A stretch of DNA of 64,000 nt from Octopus vulgaris (taxonomy: Eukaryota), in assembly GCA_951406725.2 (NCBI GenBank), contig OX597814.1, forward strand, positions 170,748,001-170,812,000, given 5' to 3'. The notes beneath the pieces are model-generated. The model did no database searches and was not told the DNA's origin. It saw only the letters and a program-made list of their open reading frames with translations. Each line of letters starts with the position of its first letter. Within the stretch, counting starts at the first letter, position 1. Both the position numbers and the translations under genes were made by a program. Below are positions 13,546 to 27,019 of this stretch, one piece after another.

Positions 13546-16479
13546 CTACAGACAAAACAGAAGGATGCATTCATTCCAGTCAGCTACTTAAGTGATTCTA
13601 TGCATCATGCAATACAAGGGGAGCGGGGAGGAGGGGGGAACCAGAGTTGAAGCAGCATTCTAGCCCATGGGATATTTGTTTACATGGACACACAGACCAA
13701 AAAAAAAAAAAAAAAAATTTTTTTAAATCCCCAAATAAATTTTTATCACAGAATAATAAATTAGTAATTACATCGTTGGTAGTCACATTTGACCGAGACA
13801 AACATGGCTGGCTGCACACATGTATAACTGTTATATATCACTCCTGTTTTCATTTTTGAATATTATAAAGTTTTAAATTTGTCATAGATCTACATACAAT
13901 CAAGTTTAGGCATGGACAATCTTTTCCGAGAAGTGGGCCACATTAAACGTAGCTCACCATAGGAAGGGCCACACTACTAAAAAAACTCCAAAGTAATTCT
14001 TCATAAGGAATGTCACTCAGAAAGTCCAATGAGTTGCAGGGTGCCCATGAATGATCTTATCATTGATACTAGCAGAACACTAGTGCACAAAATAGACCCA
14101 AAGTGGATACAATAACATATTTGTATTGTAATTAGTTATTATGATTCCTTCACAATGCACGTGCTTCAGTTTCAATGCCCAATAATTGCAAATCAAATAA
14201 TTTGCTGAGCAAGCCAGAATACAACATTAAAATTATATTTGTATATTCAACTATTTATAGGACTAGGCCTGTTATGTTTTTCTAACTGATCAACCACACA
14301 AATTAACACATATAAATGGATTGATTTTATGACTTGATAATTATAGGTAAGGGATATGAGACAGTGCGACAGTCCTGACATTAAGTGAAGTGATCTAGGC
14401 TTAACTGATAACTATTAAACTTGCAGTGTTGGACAGCTCGAATGGAGTTTCTTTTGATCTTGGGCACAAGGCCACCACTTAAAGGTTGTGAAAACATATG
14501 AAGGTGATGTAATTCTAAACACACATACATACACAAACACACATATATTTATTCTATAGTTGTTGGTCCAACAAAATATATATATTCTGTTTCATTCTGG
14601 AACTAAGGAACAAAATGATTAAGAAAAGCTAATTCATAATATAATCAAAATTTTCCCCAAATTTTTGTTCCTTAGTTCCAGATGAGCTGATTTAAATATT
14701 TTTTAATCGTTCTGTAAATGAAATCGGAAATCTGCAAACCAATACAGTTCTCAAAGAACAAGTAAGAACACAGTTACAAACCCAGTGAGCTAGAACAAGT
14801 AACTAAATAGTCTTCAGCACCAGATTAATACTAATTCCACTGAGTGATAAAACAGATAATAATAATTTATAATAATCATAATGGTAACTAAATTCAAATG
14901 AAAGGAGATATAATTCCAGTATAAAATTTATGAACCTATTTCTTATTATTTGTGGGTTGGGATACAGAAGTTAGACGTTACTTAAATATATAGAAGAAAA
15001 GAGTAAAAACAAAACAAAAATATGGTCAAATCTATTTTAGCCAACTGTGAAAGTAAAACCATCATACTGAAATATTTACACACTGGTGCACACTAATGCA
15101 TGGATCTATTACTATTATAATACATAAAATGATGTCACGGGGTTAAAAAAAAACGTGTGCGTATAAGTGAATAAACAGTTAGTAGTGAGAACCTCTAGGG
15201 AGAATTCAGCAGTGGAAGGTTTTCAGAGAAGTAACCCCATATATTCAAGTGTTTTGGCCCTTAATTCCTTAACTTTGAGGAAGGCAGGCTGCATCCAGGT
15301 CATGACCCCTGAATACCCATCTGCTGTCACATTTCATGATGATATCTGTATTGCAACCCTCCTGGATGGTTAAGGTGTGCTAGAGTCACAGTAGCCTGGG
15401 TGTCACAAGTGGTTCAGTCTGAGACACCAGCCAACTCTAGGGCAAATTTATGGCTTCTAAAATACATTTCCACTCTTCCTTAACCAGATTCAGTTGGAAC
15501 TCATCTCAGCAGTTTCTGCCATTGCTTTAAGAGTTCTGGTTCTTTATGTCTCAAATTGAGAGCTGTTTCATGAGATCATAGGCCAATTTGCCCTCAACTG
15601 TAGGCACATGGAAGAGTAGCAGTCACACATCTCTGTATGACTAATCCATGTTGTTGTGCTGTGTAGTCAGTCATGGTCTTCATTGATTATTGAATACTGA
15701 AATTCCTGGACACAGACAGCAGATTTTTCAGTGCAGAGTTCAAACATATTCCCAACAATAAAATAAAAACCACTTCTGCATATTCAAGCATATGGAAGTT
15801 ACAGTATATTGAGAGTCTCTAGTTTCTTGCAAAGATGGTTGCTACATATTAATGCTATGAAAACATAAACATAGTTGTTTTTATCAATCAACAATGGACA
15901 AAGTGTTAACACTGAGCATTCTTTAATTTTTTTTCCACACATTTATCAATAAATTAATTATACTTATTCAGTATTTTCTAGGCCTTTGTGAAATTTAACA
16001 AGCGATTATAATCTCTATCAAGATTATAATAGTTCATTCATTAAATTTATTTTTCTTTATATGTGAACAGTCCACACACATTCACATATAAATTTTAAGT
16101 AGTAGAAAATATGAATTAGAATCAAGTGGTGTCAACAGCAAGCTCCCCATTCAGAATTGGCTATCAGTTTACATACAACTCAATTATCATGTAGTGTAAT
16201 GCAATACGTTCAAATAACTGAAAATTCAGGAAATCCAAACATATGCATACATATATATATATATTGTAAAGTCAGAGTTGTAAAGAATGTTGAAATATAT
16301 ATTACATAGTACCAACATTATCTTGTATACAACTAAATAGTGTTTATCAGAAATCATGAACAACCCTGCCGGGGTCAAAAGGTTTACTCTGTAAACCATG
16401 TACTTTTAGGTTCAGTCCCATGACAACTGTTTTCTACTATAGGTTAAGGTTGATCAAGGCCTTGCAAGTGACTAAGGTA

Positions 16480-16696
16480 GAGGGGGAGCTGAAAAGTTCC
16501 TAGCTTTGGATAAAAAAAAATGCAGGAAGCTCAGTTAATCATGATTTTAATAAGCATATTCCCTCTCTTAGATTCACACCCTTATTGCAGCAGTCCTTCA
16601 GTTTTCCTAAGCCCTGTAAAAGAACTTGGAAGGTTGGGCTTCCAACCAGGTCTTTTGTTATACCCTTAAAGTCAGGAACTTTACAGCACCCCCTTG
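16480..16696. mobile_element. Mariner-type MITE with ~28-nt TIRs and TA target site, inserted into a CORE-type SINE remnant
   Basis: Left TA|gagggggagctgaaaagttcctagcttt, right aaagtcaggaactttacagcacccccttg|TA. Confidence 0.8.
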
Positions 16697-17149
16697 TATA
16701 TCACTGCATACCTTTCATGTTTTAATTCTCAGGAGTAGAGCCTCAGTTCTTTTAGTTTCTCCCTGTAGCTCTTCCATTGCACAAAAACAAAAAAATGCCT
16801 TCATTTAGTAGTGTTGGCTAGCTTGAGTTCTACTGTTTGTTTGAGGCTATGTACTGACCATAAAAGGGATCAATAGACCAGGCAACTGAGAACAAAAGCT
16901 CTCCACAAGATCAACCTGGTTTCCTTTCGCTTGGTTCTAAATGATTTCAGGCTATAACCAGCCAGTCACCATCTTTATCATATGCACCAACTGTGACACA
17001 GGGATTACAATACACCCTGATCCAGTGTATTTTGATTGCAATCTGTGGCTCGTAGTGGAGCGCTTGAAATCTTTCAGCATTAAATTGTCATGTTTACTTC
17101 AGCCTACTTATATAGTGTATTCAAGTCTTTAATTGTTTTTTTTTTTAAT

Positions 17150-17560
17150 ATATCACCAGGGTCCTTGACTCCTTGTGACACTTTTGTATTGTCAGCTGGT
17201 GAGAAAAGCAGAATGTATGACTGTGGCCATGTCTGAGAAAATCACCACAAATAATAGTGGTCTCACTACAGTTCCCCTAGGGACACCACTCATAATTGAT
17301 GCTGCAACTATCTGATTCCTACATTTTTAAAAGCCACGAAACCAATCCTTTAGTTTTCCAATCAGGCTAAGGTCGTGCAGTTTGTGACACATCATTCCAT
17401 AACCATCTTTACCAAAAGACTTGGGTAAATTCAAGATATATCACATTCACATTGAAATGGTTGAGCTGTTGTTTCAATAAGCAAATAATAATGCTTTAGT
17501 AGCTGTGTAAGGCAGCTTCTTCCTGGATGAAGCTATGCTATGTATGAGTGAGCAAGTAAA
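17150..17560 (-). pseudogene. CR1-like LINE reverse transcriptase fossil
   Basis: Frameshifted fragments FHPGRSCLTQL, VNVIYLEF, HKLHDLSLIGKLKDWF and SGVPRGTVVRPLLF resemble RT motifs GFRPGRSC, YLDFAKAFD and SGVPQG.LGPLLF. Confidence 0.8.
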
Positions 17561-18329
17561 TTTCTTCAAGGAACACAACCATCTTCCTCTTAAGAATGTG
17601 TTCCAAAACCTTGCTGATGTGCCAGTTAAATAGTTGGTGGGATTTGGGAAGCAATAGGTTGGAGTACAGTATGAAGACAGTGGGCCCATGTTTGTGCCTT
17701 TTGTGGTGTGCAATGATTGCAAATTGTTTTACAAAGTGGTGTACATTTTCTCGTAGCACCAACCCTTGTATACTCAATAACCTAAGGTGTGTAAACTGAG
17801 GAGAGAAATAGAAAGAACATGGAAAGAAAAATGGCTAGAAATGGTTAGGTGTGAATGGAGTGCAGGAATGGAAGCAAAGAGAGTACTCAATAACCTAGAG
17901 AGTGAATATATAGATGACCTGAGAGAGAGGGGGTTAGAGGGAGAAAAGGTAGTGAAGAGAGAGATCAGAGAGCCAGAATGGGTGATGAGGATGGAAGAGA
18001 AAAGAGTGTGAAGGGAAAGCAGATGGGTATTATTGAGTGGGGTTAGTAGAGAAGTGATTGGCAATATTAGAGATCAACAAATGTAAAGATGGGTAATGAG
18101 ATAAAGGCAAGAGTAGGTGTCAGGTGGCAATAGTTGTGACCTATAGGTGTTAAATTGGTAAAGGTAAATGAATTGGATTGTGCAGCCTTTTATATAAGAG
18201 CCTAAATAGGGCAAACGGGTCAGAGCAAAATGAATGATGTGCAGGTAGCAGAGAGAAGAAAGATAGAAAAGTTTGAGTAAAGAAAAGGCCAGTACAACCT
18301 TTCTCCTTCCTTATGGATACAGAAGTCTT

Positions 18330-19150
18330 AGTCAGAAACAAACAGATTACTACTGAAAATCTCAAACTTCACTTGTTTCTTTGGCTAAACTCCACAAAGG
18401 CAAGAGAAATGGATAAAATAACTGAGCTAGCAAGGGTGTACAATAGTAAAATTAATATGGGGTTAGTTATAGACAACTCAACAACAACATTGATTTCTGC
18501 ATACATCCTACAATCAGAATTAACAGGACTGTTTTCATGAGGCACTTCTGCAGACTACCAAAACAGTGATTGATAATGGTTTCCTTGTTGTTGGTGACTT
18601 TAAGGGACATGTTGCCAACATTATGATGGCTTCTATGATATCTATCATGGATGTAATATGAGAAATGAGGAAGAAATAAGGCTCCTGGAGTTCTGTGGTG
18701 CAATGGATCTAACAATTTGTGGTACACACTTCAAGAAACCAGTCAGCCACCTCATTACCTACCAATCTGGCAAAGACACAATTCTCATCAAGAAGCAGAA
18801 CAGATAGGCCATAGTGAATATCAAAAAGCTTTCTGGCAAAGAATGCATTACCAGCTAGTGACTTCAGAAACAGAGCTAGACAAACTCAGAGACAAAAGAT
18901 GATATGAAGAAGGAAGATATTGAAGCTATAAGAACCTGCAGTTGGCTATAAGTTTAGAGAAATTTAATTACTGTTGGCAGGAGGAGTTAGATACCCACAA
19001 CATAAATGATAAAGTTCTTACAAAAGTAACTTGCTTAGGGCTATAAATCAGACATGTGGCCAGTGCAAGATTTAAGCCAAAACTGGACATGATGTGGTGG
19101 TTAACGACAGGGTTGATAGGGCTGTAATAACTTGGATAACTTGGAAGGAA
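18330..19150 (+). pseudogene. RTE-clade LINE AP-endonuclease fossil
   Basis: Fragments LISAY, VVGDFKGHV, RNEEEIRLLEFC, THFKKPVSHLITYQSG and WW, with stops and frameshifts. Confidence 0.75.
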
Positions 19151-20528
19151 GGCAGTAGTAGTGAGTTTCAAAAAAGAAGCCAATGATTTCAAAAGACCAA
19201 AAGGTTTAACTGGAATAAATTCTGGAATAAGGAAGAGGAGTTAATATAATGGTCCACCAATTGTCCACATCAGGGTATATATATATTGAAACAGGGTAGC
19301 TGACTTGTTAGTGGGAACAGCAAAACACAAAAGAACTGGAATACAGTACAGCAAGCTGAAAGGCAGGTCTGAGCTAATTTGTGTTGGAAATCACTTAAAC
19401 AGCACAAAAATAGTGTCAAATACTTGAAAAGGGCTTATTATCTATGATAAACACTATTTATCAAGATGAAGCCTCTTGCCATACAAATGAGGTATCACAA
19501 GCTTGAAAAAGAGCTCTTGGAATTGGTAACTCAAAGCCCTGATTGTGATCCAAGAGAACATATATGGGGACATCTTGATGGAAAGTTGTGAACAAGATAG
19601 TTGAAAATTGTATCAATGACAGAATTGAAAGCAAACATCAACAGTGAACCATGGATCAGTCTGTCATCAACAATGTAATCAAATCTGGGCATAATCAATC
19701 AGGTGAGAGTTGTGATATTAACTGAAGAAAAGCTCACAAATTCCAAGACAAATTTTCATTCACTCTGGATAAGATTTCATAAGGTTATTACAAGTTAAAT
19801 TAATGTTGCATTTTATTATCTTGGCAATAAAGTTACTGTAGACCAGTAAATATTTGTGTGTGTGTGTGTGACTATAGAATAATTCTTCATGTTGACATTC
19901 AAGATTGTCTCTAGTTCATCAAAATAGGAGTGAAGAACAGATTTGGTGATTAATAAACACACACACACATACATATACATGCACACATACTCGTGTTTCG
20001 AGTTCTCTTTTTCCTGTTTGTATTGCCAAACCTGTATATGTAAATATGCGTGTGTGTATGTATATCTCTATATATTTATGTAAATATATATGTGTTTGTA
20101 TACACATATACACAAATGTATACACATGGGGGTGAAAGTGGGACAGAGAGAAAATGGGGAGCTAAATAAAGATATATAAGGACAAGGAAAAATGACAGAG
20201 AGAATGAAGACATATTAGCTATGACTCAAGCCCTAAAATAGAAATACAGCAAAAAAAAAAAAATAAAAAAAAATTTAAAAGTTGTAATTCCATGCAAAAA
20301 CTGTTTTAATCATAGTGTTATAATGGAAGGAGTATCAGTAGAATAATATATCAGCACATGAGTGCAGAAGTTTGAAGATTGATACACTGTAATAGGCCAA
20401 GGGAAGGTACCAAGGTAGTGACAAAATTTAGTTACAGACCCATACAGTCAAAAATCCTAACAATGGGCTATTGTTCTTTATGGGAAAGAAATAAAGTAGC
20501 ATATATCTTGAACTCATTTGTAGCATAA

Positions 20529-20575
<47 letters not shown>

Positions 20576-20578
20576 TTT

Positions 20579-20886
20579 AAAAACCACCTTTTATCAATTC
20601 AAAATGAAAAGTTAAATTACACTATCTAGAAAATTACATATAAGAGAAATATTAAATATAAGATAAAAAATATACCGATGATTAAGTAATGTGCAAAATA
20701 ATAAATAAAATATTTTAAAAATAAAATAAAATAATATTCTACCAAATATATACGTTTTATTTATTATTTTGCACATTACTTAATCATCGGTATATTTTTT
20801 ATCGTATATTTAATATTTTTATTATATGTAATTTTCTAGATGATGTAATTTAATTTTTCATTTTGAATTGATAAAAGGTGGTTTTT
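20579..20886. repeat. Long inverted repeat (about 132-nt arms, 44-nt spacer) in a (TA)n-flanked element
   Basis: 20579-20710 is the reverse complement of 20755-20886 with few mismatches. (TA)n lies at about 20533-20570 and 20999-21034. Confidence 0.92.
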
Positions 20887-20993
20887 TTCTAATATTTTAT
20901 ATATATTATATTGTGTGGAATTTGATTTAGTATTTCTAAATTGAATTTTTCCCTGTAAGTTTGGAATAATATTCCCTCAAATTATTATCATTA

Positions 20994-21037
<44 letters not shown>

Positions 21038-21179
21038 GTGGTATATTCTATTAAGAACATAGTAGAGTACTGTATAAAGGTCATTCACCTTTAGATTTCA
21101 ACCTGTGCTATTCAGTAGTAGTATTCTATGTATTTCCAGGTTTGTGTTTGGGCAAATTATTCATTTCAGTATCAGATAA

Positions 21180-22010
21180 CTTGTAGATTAAACTTATATT
21201 CTTGCAAGCCCTAGAATTTTGAGAGTGATACACTAGAGCATAAATTTCATATCACCAGCAGCATTTCTTTCCACAAGAGGCAGGCAGTTTTTTTGGAAGC
21301 TTTAAACCGTGGTGCAGATTTTCTTCACTAGAAATAAAATTCCTTGTAGCCATGAGTCTCCAGAAAAGGTTAGTTTCATCAACATAGCACACTTGTTTCT
21401 ATGTATAGTATAGCATTTTTCAGCACTAAATTCCTTCAGTTCCTCAGGATAATTCGAAGCAGTTTCTTTAACAGAACTAGTGGCTTCAGCAATCCTTTTA
21501 AAGTTGTACAAATTAAGGTATCCCTTAACCCTTTAGCGTTCAAATTAATATGTCATAAGTAATCCTTATTCATTTACATTTAAAAAAATTAATCTGGTAT
21601 TATCTTGTAGCTTCAAGATTTGAAAGATGTAATTGTTTATTTTTAGAATAACATTGCAAGGTAGGTGCGAGATACTGGTTCTGGCCAGTTTGAGCATAAA
21701 ATGAGTAGAATATTTGGGCCGGATATAGCCAGTTTAAACACTAGAGGGTTAAACCTTCCAAACCAGCCTTTAAAAACCACAAAAGGTTTTGCACTGGAAA
21801 TAGCACCTTCCACTTTCTGCAAATGATCATCCAAAAGCCAAGCATTTAGCTCAAATGACCATTGTGCTTATTAACACATTAGGTGCAGTCTAAAGGCCAA
21901 ATCACACACACACAATAGCTATGGAGTAGCTATTTGAGCAGTTGACAATAGTCATGTATTGTTCTCATAGCAGGTACTGGAAGCTTTAATGTATTGCTGT
22001 ATGGCTGAGT
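21180..22010 (-). pseudogene. pogo/Tigger transposase fossil interrupted by a MITE
   Basis: GWFGRFK|GYLNLYNFKRIAEATSSVKETASNYPEEL, VDETNLFW, FKASK, NAAGD and YHSQNSRA resemble Tigger1 transposase motifs. Confidence 0.85.
21529..21748 (-). mobile_element. TTAA MITE (piggyBac-type), 220 nt
   Basis: TTAA|CCCTTTAGCG...CACTAGAGGG|TTAA with a duplicated target site. Confidence 0.9.
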
Positions 22011-22895
22011 TTTCCCCCACTGACAAATTGGCACAAAACATCAAGTTTAACATCTAATGTAATCTTCTTTACAGCTCTCTTTTATGCTATTGCTTTCATT
22101 CTTACTGGTTGGTCTCTTTACAGTCACTTTGAATAAGATGATGTACTATACCTTATGCATTAGTAAATCTAACTGTAAGAGGTGAAAGACAATCTATACC
22201 ATACAGTAAAACACAAGAATCCAAGGTAAGTACTAATGCTCGGCATTAGTAAAAAAAATGGTTATTTTATTACTTCAGATGCAGAAATATAAACATGAAA
22301 AATAAAAGAGGTGGTAGAGTAAAAAGGGAAAGGAAGTACTGTTTGATTATAGTTAGTTGCAATACCAATGTTGGTAGAAATAGTGAAGGCACAAAGTGAG
22401 AGTGTGCCACAGAGCAAGTGGGTAGATGCTGGCAATTATGCTGAGATCGATGAAAACTAAGATCAGATGAATTGGTGTACACAAACAAGAGGAGAGATGG
22501 CTGAAGAACGCATAGGTGCTGGAAAAACTTTAAAAAGAAATGAAGAACATATTTCGATTTCGGTTTTTAAAATTGTGAAAAATTCACTGAGTTCCCATAA
22601 GTGTGGAATTAAAGGCTGTGTCCCAAAATTTGTTAGACTTTAGATTCTTCTGTAATTCTTTAACCAGAAATTACAACTGTGGGGGAAGCCTCTGTGTGTA
22701 TGTGTGTGTGTATGTGTGTCTAATCTATTTAGATGAAAGTGAAAAATATGATGAATGTGATATATATAATTTATTTAAAATAACATATGGCAAATACCAA
22801 AAGAAAAAAAAAAGAAGCTTTAAAACAACTTTAGAATAATAAAAAATATAATTGTAGCAATGTTTTATATACATACATATATATATGTATATATG

Positions 22896-22952
<57 letters not shown>

Positions 22953-23780
22953 AAAAACAATGCATCATATATACTTGAGTATATGAAGTCACCAGTATTG
23001 TTGGGAACAGGGTAAAAGTTACTAGGTTTGTTGGAAATGCAAATAAAACTATCAGTACCATAGGGCACGTGGTGAAACGAAGCATGTGTTGAGCATGTGT
23101 TAAGGCCACTGGTTTTGTTAAACACATTGTAAAGCTATCAGTACTGTTAGTCTCTCACGTGTAGAATAAAACTACTGCTGTTGGACATACAGTTAATGAA
23201 TGTAGAATGGTTAGACATCTAGAGCTTGTAAGAACGAAACAACAACAAAAAGCAATGCTGTATGGCAGTACATGGTATCACAACCGGTACCATTAGTTAC
23301 AGGGCAAAGCAACCATAACGGTTTGACACATATATAGCGAAGCTAACTATTTGCTGTCAGACACAAGGTACAGTACGAAATAACAAACCAAAAAATATGG
23401 AAACAACAAAAATAATTATTTCTATCTCTCTCCCCTCTTCTCTGTTTCCTAATTTTTTTTTTTTTTTTAAACATCTAAATTGAAATAAGTGAGAGATTAG
23501 ATTTTCAAATGAGATATGGCATATATATATATATATATATACCGACTAAAGCCATTTGGTAACAAAAAGTAGCAAAAAAAGGGGGGAAAAAATACAAAAA
23601 AAAAAATCAAAAACAAAAAAAAAAACCTGTTTGCGTTTGCATGCATTGAAACTGTACAAGTTAAAAAGCTAATAACACATGTTAGCAATTATAATAAAGC
23701 TTGAGGTGAGAAAATGTAAGGCAAAATATTAAATTCTAGTGGTATGGATACACAGGCTGATGTTAATGATATATATATAT

Positions 23781-23813
<33 letters not shown>

Positions 23814-24619
23814 AAAATTAGAGTCGAAAAAGATTCTCTATAGAATAAACAATTTAAAATATAAGTTGAGAAAAGTTCATGGTTGAACAACACTTCAAAC
23901 AATTCAAATTGATATAAGACTTCAAAATCCAGACACACCGAATAATTCTGAAATTCTGAATTATGCCTTTCTGTCATTGAGACGGAATCCAATTCTGTAT
24001 CTAATTTTATAATTTTCAATAATTAAAGTGATCTTGAACATATGAGAAATTTTTTTTTTTTTTTTTTTAGATGGAATACATGTGAATGGTATTGTTAGAA
24101 AGATGTTAGCATGAATGGATTATGATTTCACCAATAATTAATTAATTCATGTTAATAAATATTCAAAGCATAAAAAGACAATAGAAACGAAACAAAAAAT
24201 ACAGTAAGGTAACACAAACAAACACACCTCCTAAAATGATATTTCAAATTAAAAATATTTCATAGGAAGTGGAGGAGGAAGTTAAGTATAACATAACAAT
24301 CCTAATTCTTAAATAGAAGTCTTCCCAGCTGGAGGTAGAACGAGCAAAAAGTAACCATACTTAAAGATTTCTGTTCAATAAAACAATAGGTGAGAAAATA
24401 CAACAGCTAATTACAAAATAAACTCTTAATTCAGAATAAGCACCATACAAGAAGAAAAAAAGTCAAGACTATTGAAAAGTTTGCAAGACACAACAAAAAT
24501 TTTAGGAAAATAAAAATAAGTGGAAATTTTACCAGTGTGTGTGTTAAATTATAAGGCACAAAAAGAAAATGACTCTCCCCAGACATAACATACATGTGTT
24601 AAAGAAATATAATAAATAG

Positions 24620-24820
24620 CCAGCTTGACTGACTTCTGTGCCGGTGGCATGTAAAAAGCACCCACTACACTCATGGAGTGGTTGGAGTTAGGAAGGGCAT
24701 CCAGCTGTAGAAACACTGCCAGATCAGACTGGAGCCTGGTGCAGCCTCCTGGCTTACCAGACCCCGGTCGAACCATCCAACCCGTACTAGCACGGAAAAC
24801 GAACGTATGATGATGATGAT
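24620..24820 (+). mobile_element. RTE-LINE 3' tail with (GAT)n end
   Basis: aaaagcacccactacactc..ggagtggttgg..ttaggaagggcatccagctgtag, the same block as the 3' end of 28330-29235. Confidence 0.85.
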
Positions 24821-24849
24821 GTAGTGAAACATAAGTGCAATAAGTTTAA

Positions 24850-25072
24850 CCCTTTAGTATTAAAGCAGCCATATCTATTGCAAATATTCTTCTTGCTTTA
24901 TGTTCAAAGCAGATAGATCCGGCCTCTTACACCTACCATACAATGTGATTCTAAAAATAAACTATGATACCACTGAAATAACACACGAGTAGTTCAGAAA
25001 ATATCCAAGTTTGAAAATACCTACATTTTGAATAAGCATTACATCTGACAGTGTAATCTGAATACTAAAGGG
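24850..25072 (+). mobile_element. TTAA MITE (piggyBac-type)
   Basis: TTAA|CCCTTTAGTATT...AATACTAAAGGG|TTAA. Confidence 0.88.
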
Positions 25073-27019
25073 TTAATGTTACTAGAGCCATTGTGTTGTG
25101 CTTGTTAGACAAGGTAATTTAAGTTCTGTATGCTTTTAAGGAGACAAGAAGAAAAATGGTGCTGCGTTTAAACTGCATTGACTGTGAGAAATGAAGAGCA
25201 TGGAAAGTATGTAGCTGTAAAAAAGAATACGACAGCAGAAATATCCAAGTTTGAAAATACCTATATTTTGAATAAAAACAAAAAAAAAAGAAATTACTCA
25301 TATTAGCAAGAAAAACTGAATTAAGAAGAAATATTAGAATGGTTTCATTGATGACAAAATGACAAAGGAAATAATCAAGGGACTACAGGGGATGGTATAA
25401 TTATTTCAAGAAAGAGTTTTACAAAACTGAATACAAGAGAACACCATAGGTTTCAAATGAAGTAGTATGGCCTGTTTCTGAAGTGGTCACTTTTAAGACT
25501 TCTTAAGAACAAAATAAAAAGTTTTTTTAAAAGTAAGACAAAGAAAATGCAATCCAAACACATTTACTTATAACTTCCTCAGTTATGAGTCTGAAGCTTG
25601 GTGTTGGATTTTTTTCCCTATAAATATACATTAAAAAGAAATTAAACAGATTTCACTGACACTAGTAAAAATGACCAACAAGTATAAAAGCAGGGACAAA
25701 GAATAGATAAAGAGAATCTCTGAACAAATAGTAACTAATACAACCACTACAGGTATTACTATAACCATCGCTACAAATTTGCAACAACTGCCCTTAAGGA
25801 TGAACAGATAACCAGAATATTTAATAATAATCAAAGTTGGATCCACCCAAAAAGACTATAAATGAATGAGAACCAAGTATAAGGAGAACAATAATCTACA
25901 AAAAGCTCGATTTAACTCTGTATTGGACAACCAGCAGGGAGACTGGTAATTTTCTATCCAGTCAATAACATTATGCTGTGTTGCAAACTATGACCAAGAC
26001 ACTTAACTCTTAATGGGTGAATCTGAGTAGCTCTGTGTGTGTGTGTTGCAGATCAGAAACAATCCTGGTCAGTAATAATATAATACTGACATGATCAGTT
26101 AACTTGCAGTGCTGGATTGTTCAATGTCTAGCTTCCATTTTACTAAGATTTAGAGAAAGAAAAGCAATATACATGACCCTTCACAGGGCCTCTAAGACCA
26201 AGGGTGAAATAACTGAAGGAAAGGAATAAACCATGAACAGGAAAGTTGCTGCAGTAGGGAGCAATGTATTAAGATGTTAAGTTCTACAGAGACAGGAAAC
26301 CTGGTTCAAAATGTTTGTATTTGAGTGAATTTGACTAAAGTAAACAAAGGGCTTGGTGATGCCATTAAACAGGAAGGTGGATTAGATTTATGAAATTCAT
26401 TAGGATAATTTATCCAAGATAAATGATGATGAAGACTTTGGTGGCACTCCTAAGACATGCCACCTATCACTGAATTCTTGAGGTTGTTAGTAGAAGGGCA
26501 GAATGCACAAACTATTTCATGCAGGAGGGAGCATGGATTAACTGCATTAGTAAAGTTAGTAGTTCAATTTTGTTAGTAGTCCAGTGTATGGAATGATAAA
26601 GTTTGTCTAACTTTAACTATCATCGAATTAAAGAGATATCTATAGAAATGTTAGTAATGAGTTTGGGTAAGTAAGAGATTATATGTAGTGGACAAGATAA
26701 TGGAAAAAGAAAACAAAATTGAAATGAATTGAAGAGAGAGAGACAGAGAGAGAATATAGCCTAATCTTGAGGTACCCTACAGATATCTTAGCTCTGGGGT
26801 ACCTAAAGCATCCAGGAGAGTTGCAATGCAGACAGCAGCACAAAATATAGTAGGACACATGACCTATACATGGCCCTCAAGTTCCCTTTTAGTGTACAGA
26901 GTTAAAAGCCAAAACATTTGCATGAGGAGGGCATCTTCTTAGAAATCCTTATACCAATCAGTTCTCCATAGAGTTCCTTACAGCATAAAGTGCTGCTGTG
27001 AGAGAGCTTATTCTGTTAT

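Noticed and set aside
15230-15780. Possible R2/Hero-type LINE C-terminal fossil (LKAMAETAEMSSN*IWLRK on minus)
   Set aside because: A single weak motif, too degraded to call without a database search.
22985-23375. CRISPR-like array
   Set aside because: The context is eukaryotic, there is no invariant repeat with unique spacers, and there are no cas genes.
25840-26850. Purine-rich block that may be an old LINE
   Set aside because: No motif could be read convincingly.
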